Positions 34,522 through 36,144 of a stretch of DNA of 36,144 nucleotides are shown here, piece after piece. The position numbers and the translations under genes were made by a program. Source of the DNA: a virus (taxonomy: Duplodnaviria > Caudoviricetes); IMG/VR virus record IMGVR_UViG_3300032010_000004, positions 1 through 36,144 of that record; one strand, written 5' to 3'. The notes below the pieces were generated by a model. It did no database searches and had not been told where the DNA came from. It worked only from the letters and a program-made list of their open reading frames with translations. Position 1 is the first letter of the stretch. Every line of letters starts with the position of its first letter.

Positions 34522-34644
34522 CTATGCCCGAGGCACCTTCCTGGCCTTGCCAACCTTCCTGATCGGCTGAGCCTTGATGGGCTTCGGCACCTTCGCCATG
34601 GGCTGGTACGATCCCTTACCGCCCTTCGGTGATGCTAGTCCCAT
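34522..34644 (-). CDS. 40-aa Lys/Arg/Pro-rich basic peptide (not in ORF track)
   Basis: GAGGAGGG SD, ATG 34644. Translation MGLASPKGGKGSYQPMAKVPKPIKAQPIRKVGKARKVPRA*. Stops 2 nt before the endolysin ATG. Confidence 0.75.
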   Translation of the reverse strand: MGLASPKGGKGSYQPMAKVPKPIKAQPIRKVGKARKVPRA

Positions 34645-34653
34645 GATCCCTCC

Positions 34654-36144
34654 TCACATCTTCTTGTGCAACAGATCACCCGTGATCGTTGCGGTTGACG
34701 AGACAGCGTTCATGTCGAGAACGGTGACAGCGCTGACCGTGGACAGGATGGCTGCATCAGCGTGGTCAGGAGAAGGTAGGCCACGCTCACGCATGTCCTC
34801 TTTCGTTTCCACGAAGATTCGGCCAGCGCTGTCAACGCTCCATTTGACCGACCCTAGCTGGGCGGCCAAGGTCTCATCGGCCGGGTCCAGATCGATGAGA
34901 CCAGCCTCCATGAGCTCGCGGAACGTCCACCAGACTTCTGAACGCCGATTCTTGAACTTGGCCGGATTGCTTGCTGCCTGGCTGCCCTGATGCGGGGCAA
35001 CGTTGAGGCGCTGCTCTCTCAGCCGGTCGTACACGCCGGCACCTACCCCGATGATGTCAATCGTGGCTGGCGGCGTGTAGTTACCGTGTGACGTCATCCA
35101 GGTGCGGATCTTGCCCGCTGACGTCATGGTGTCGGTCTTGCTCCAGCGGTCGGTGAGTCGCACCACACCATCACGGTTGCGATAGATGACGGAATGGTCC
35201 ACCCCGTAGCGCGCAATATCTACGCCATAGCGGCCCACGCCCAGACCGGGCAGGTCCTGGTTCCAACAGTACTGAATCAGCGCCGGAGAGATGAGGTACT
35301 CGTCGCTGACATCTGGGAACTCGCCATCCACCTTTGCCACCCACGTCGGTGAACCCTCGCCCCACTCCTGACGTGCGGTCTCCACCCAGATCTTGCTGAC
35401 CAGGCTCTCCATCACCAGGTCGCCCATGTACTGCCCGCATACCGCGCAGTTGTGGTCGCCGGTGAAGTTGGGTGTATCCCAGACGCTGATCTGAATGACG
35501 TTCCAGCCCGAGCCAGGCTTACACACTTTGGCGAAGTGGCTGTTCGGGTCGTCTGGGTTACCCAGGGCAAGCACTCGCGCATTCTCGTTCGTCACCAGGG
35601 CGAGAACTGAGGTCCATAGCGACAGCGGAATGCCGCAGGCCTCGTCTAGCACTGCCAAGAAGTAACGCGAGTGAATGCCCTGGAACGTGTCCTCATCGTA
35701 GTCAGCAGGCTTTCGACCCATGGCGATCAGTTCCTCACTCTGATCAGCACGCTTGGTGCCCACATCACCCATATGCCACTGACAGTCGAGCGTGATCCGT
35801 CCCCTTAGATCACCCTCTCGATGACGACGACGTATCTCACGCCACAGGATCGCCTGAACCTGCGGCCATGACGGAGCCGTGGTAACGGCAAACGCAGAGC
35901 CGAGTTGGTGCACGTCCATGTACCACCCGATCACGCCGCTGCCCGTGAAGGACTTGCCTGGGCCATGGCACGACTTCACCGCAGTCATGCGGTTGTCCCT
36001 GACTGACTCCAGGATCTCAACCTGCTTGCTCCACAGATGGTGGCCCAGTTTGTCATGGAACCAACCAACAGGATCCGCTATCCACGGATCCTCGGGAGGG
36101 TACAGCCTGTCGATTGCCAGCGAGCCCACGCCGGCAGGCAACTT
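34654..36144 (-). CDS. terL: Terminase large subunit (start probably just outside the window)
   Basis: Q motif LWSKQ, Walker A SCHGPGKS, Walker B VLDEA, LGNP, nuclease motifs GVDIARYG.D and SPDHADA. The frame is open to the window edge. Confidence 0.95.
   Translation of the reverse strand, partial: KLPAGVGSLAIDRLYPPEDPWIADPVGWFHDKLGHHLWSKQVEILESVRDNRMTAVKSCHGPGKSFTGSGVIGWYMDVHQLGSAFAVTTAPSWPQVQAILWREIRRRHREGDLRGRITLDCQWHMGDVGTKRADQSEELIAMGRKPADYDEDTFQGIHSRYFLAVLDEACGIPLSLWTSVLALVTNENARVLALGNPDDPNSHFAKVCKPGSGWNVIQISVWDTPNFTGDHNCAVCGQYMGDLVMESLVSKIWVETARQEWGEGSPTWVAKVDGEFPDVSDEYLISPALIQYCWNQDLPGLGVGRYGVDIARYGVDHSVIYRNRDGVVRLTDRWSKTDTMTSAGKIRTWMTSHGNYTPPATIDIIGVGAGVYDRLREQRLNVAPHQGSQAASNPAKFKNRRSEVWWTFRELMEAGLIDLDPADETLAAQLGSVKWSVDSAGRIFVETKEDMRERGLPSPDHADAAILSTVSAVTVLDMNAVSSTATITGDLLHKKM

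Noticed and set aside
6915-34990. Numerous + strand ORFs antisense to the late operon (e.g. 18208..19086, 30324..31223)
   Set aside because: These are expected shadow ORFs in high-GC coding DNA, with no motifs or ribosome-binding sites.
1-36144. CRISPR array, tRNA genes, integrase, introns/inteins, or stop-codon reassignment
   Set aside because: No regularly spaced repeats; gaps are too short or lack a cloverleaf; dnaE, thyX and terL are uninterrupted; genes tile cleanly under the standard code using all three stop codons.

Overview
This window is part of a high-GC tailed dsDNA phage genome. A myovirus is inferred from its contractile-tail genes, and an actinobacterial host is inferred from the Rpf-like gene and overall gene content. 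It holds two convergent blocks. The + strand (1-6454) carries a 5'-truncated DnaE-type DNA polymerase III alpha, a free-standing HNH endonuclease, a 50-aa acidic micro-ORF, a secreted Rpf-like transglycosylase, an HU-like protein, ThyX and two unknowns. The - strand (36144->6476) is one tightly coupled late operon. In order it encodes terminase, a basic 40-aa peptide, CHAP endolysin, holin-like protein, a 27-aa membrane peptide, a single 1045-aa portal-protease-scaffold ORF, capsid decoration protein and major capsid protein. An extra fibre/whisker-like cluster follows, then neck proteins, sheath, tube, tail chaperones with a -1 frameshift site, tape measure, LysM protein, hub with two wall-hydrolase domains, spike, baseplate wedge proteins, a short fibre and an Ig-repeat protein. 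The strongest candidates for something new are: (1) the portal-protease-scaffold polyprotein, with two nested in-frame starts and repeated V-x-A-S motifs at its domain boundaries, resembling herpesvirus assemblin/scaffold organisation; (2) a possible modular fibre system, in which the same Tyr-triplet motif and the same fibre N-terminus appear at both the baseplate and the neck cluster; (3) a stand-alone secreted Rpf-like gene. All family calls come from motifs recognised by eye; no database search was run.
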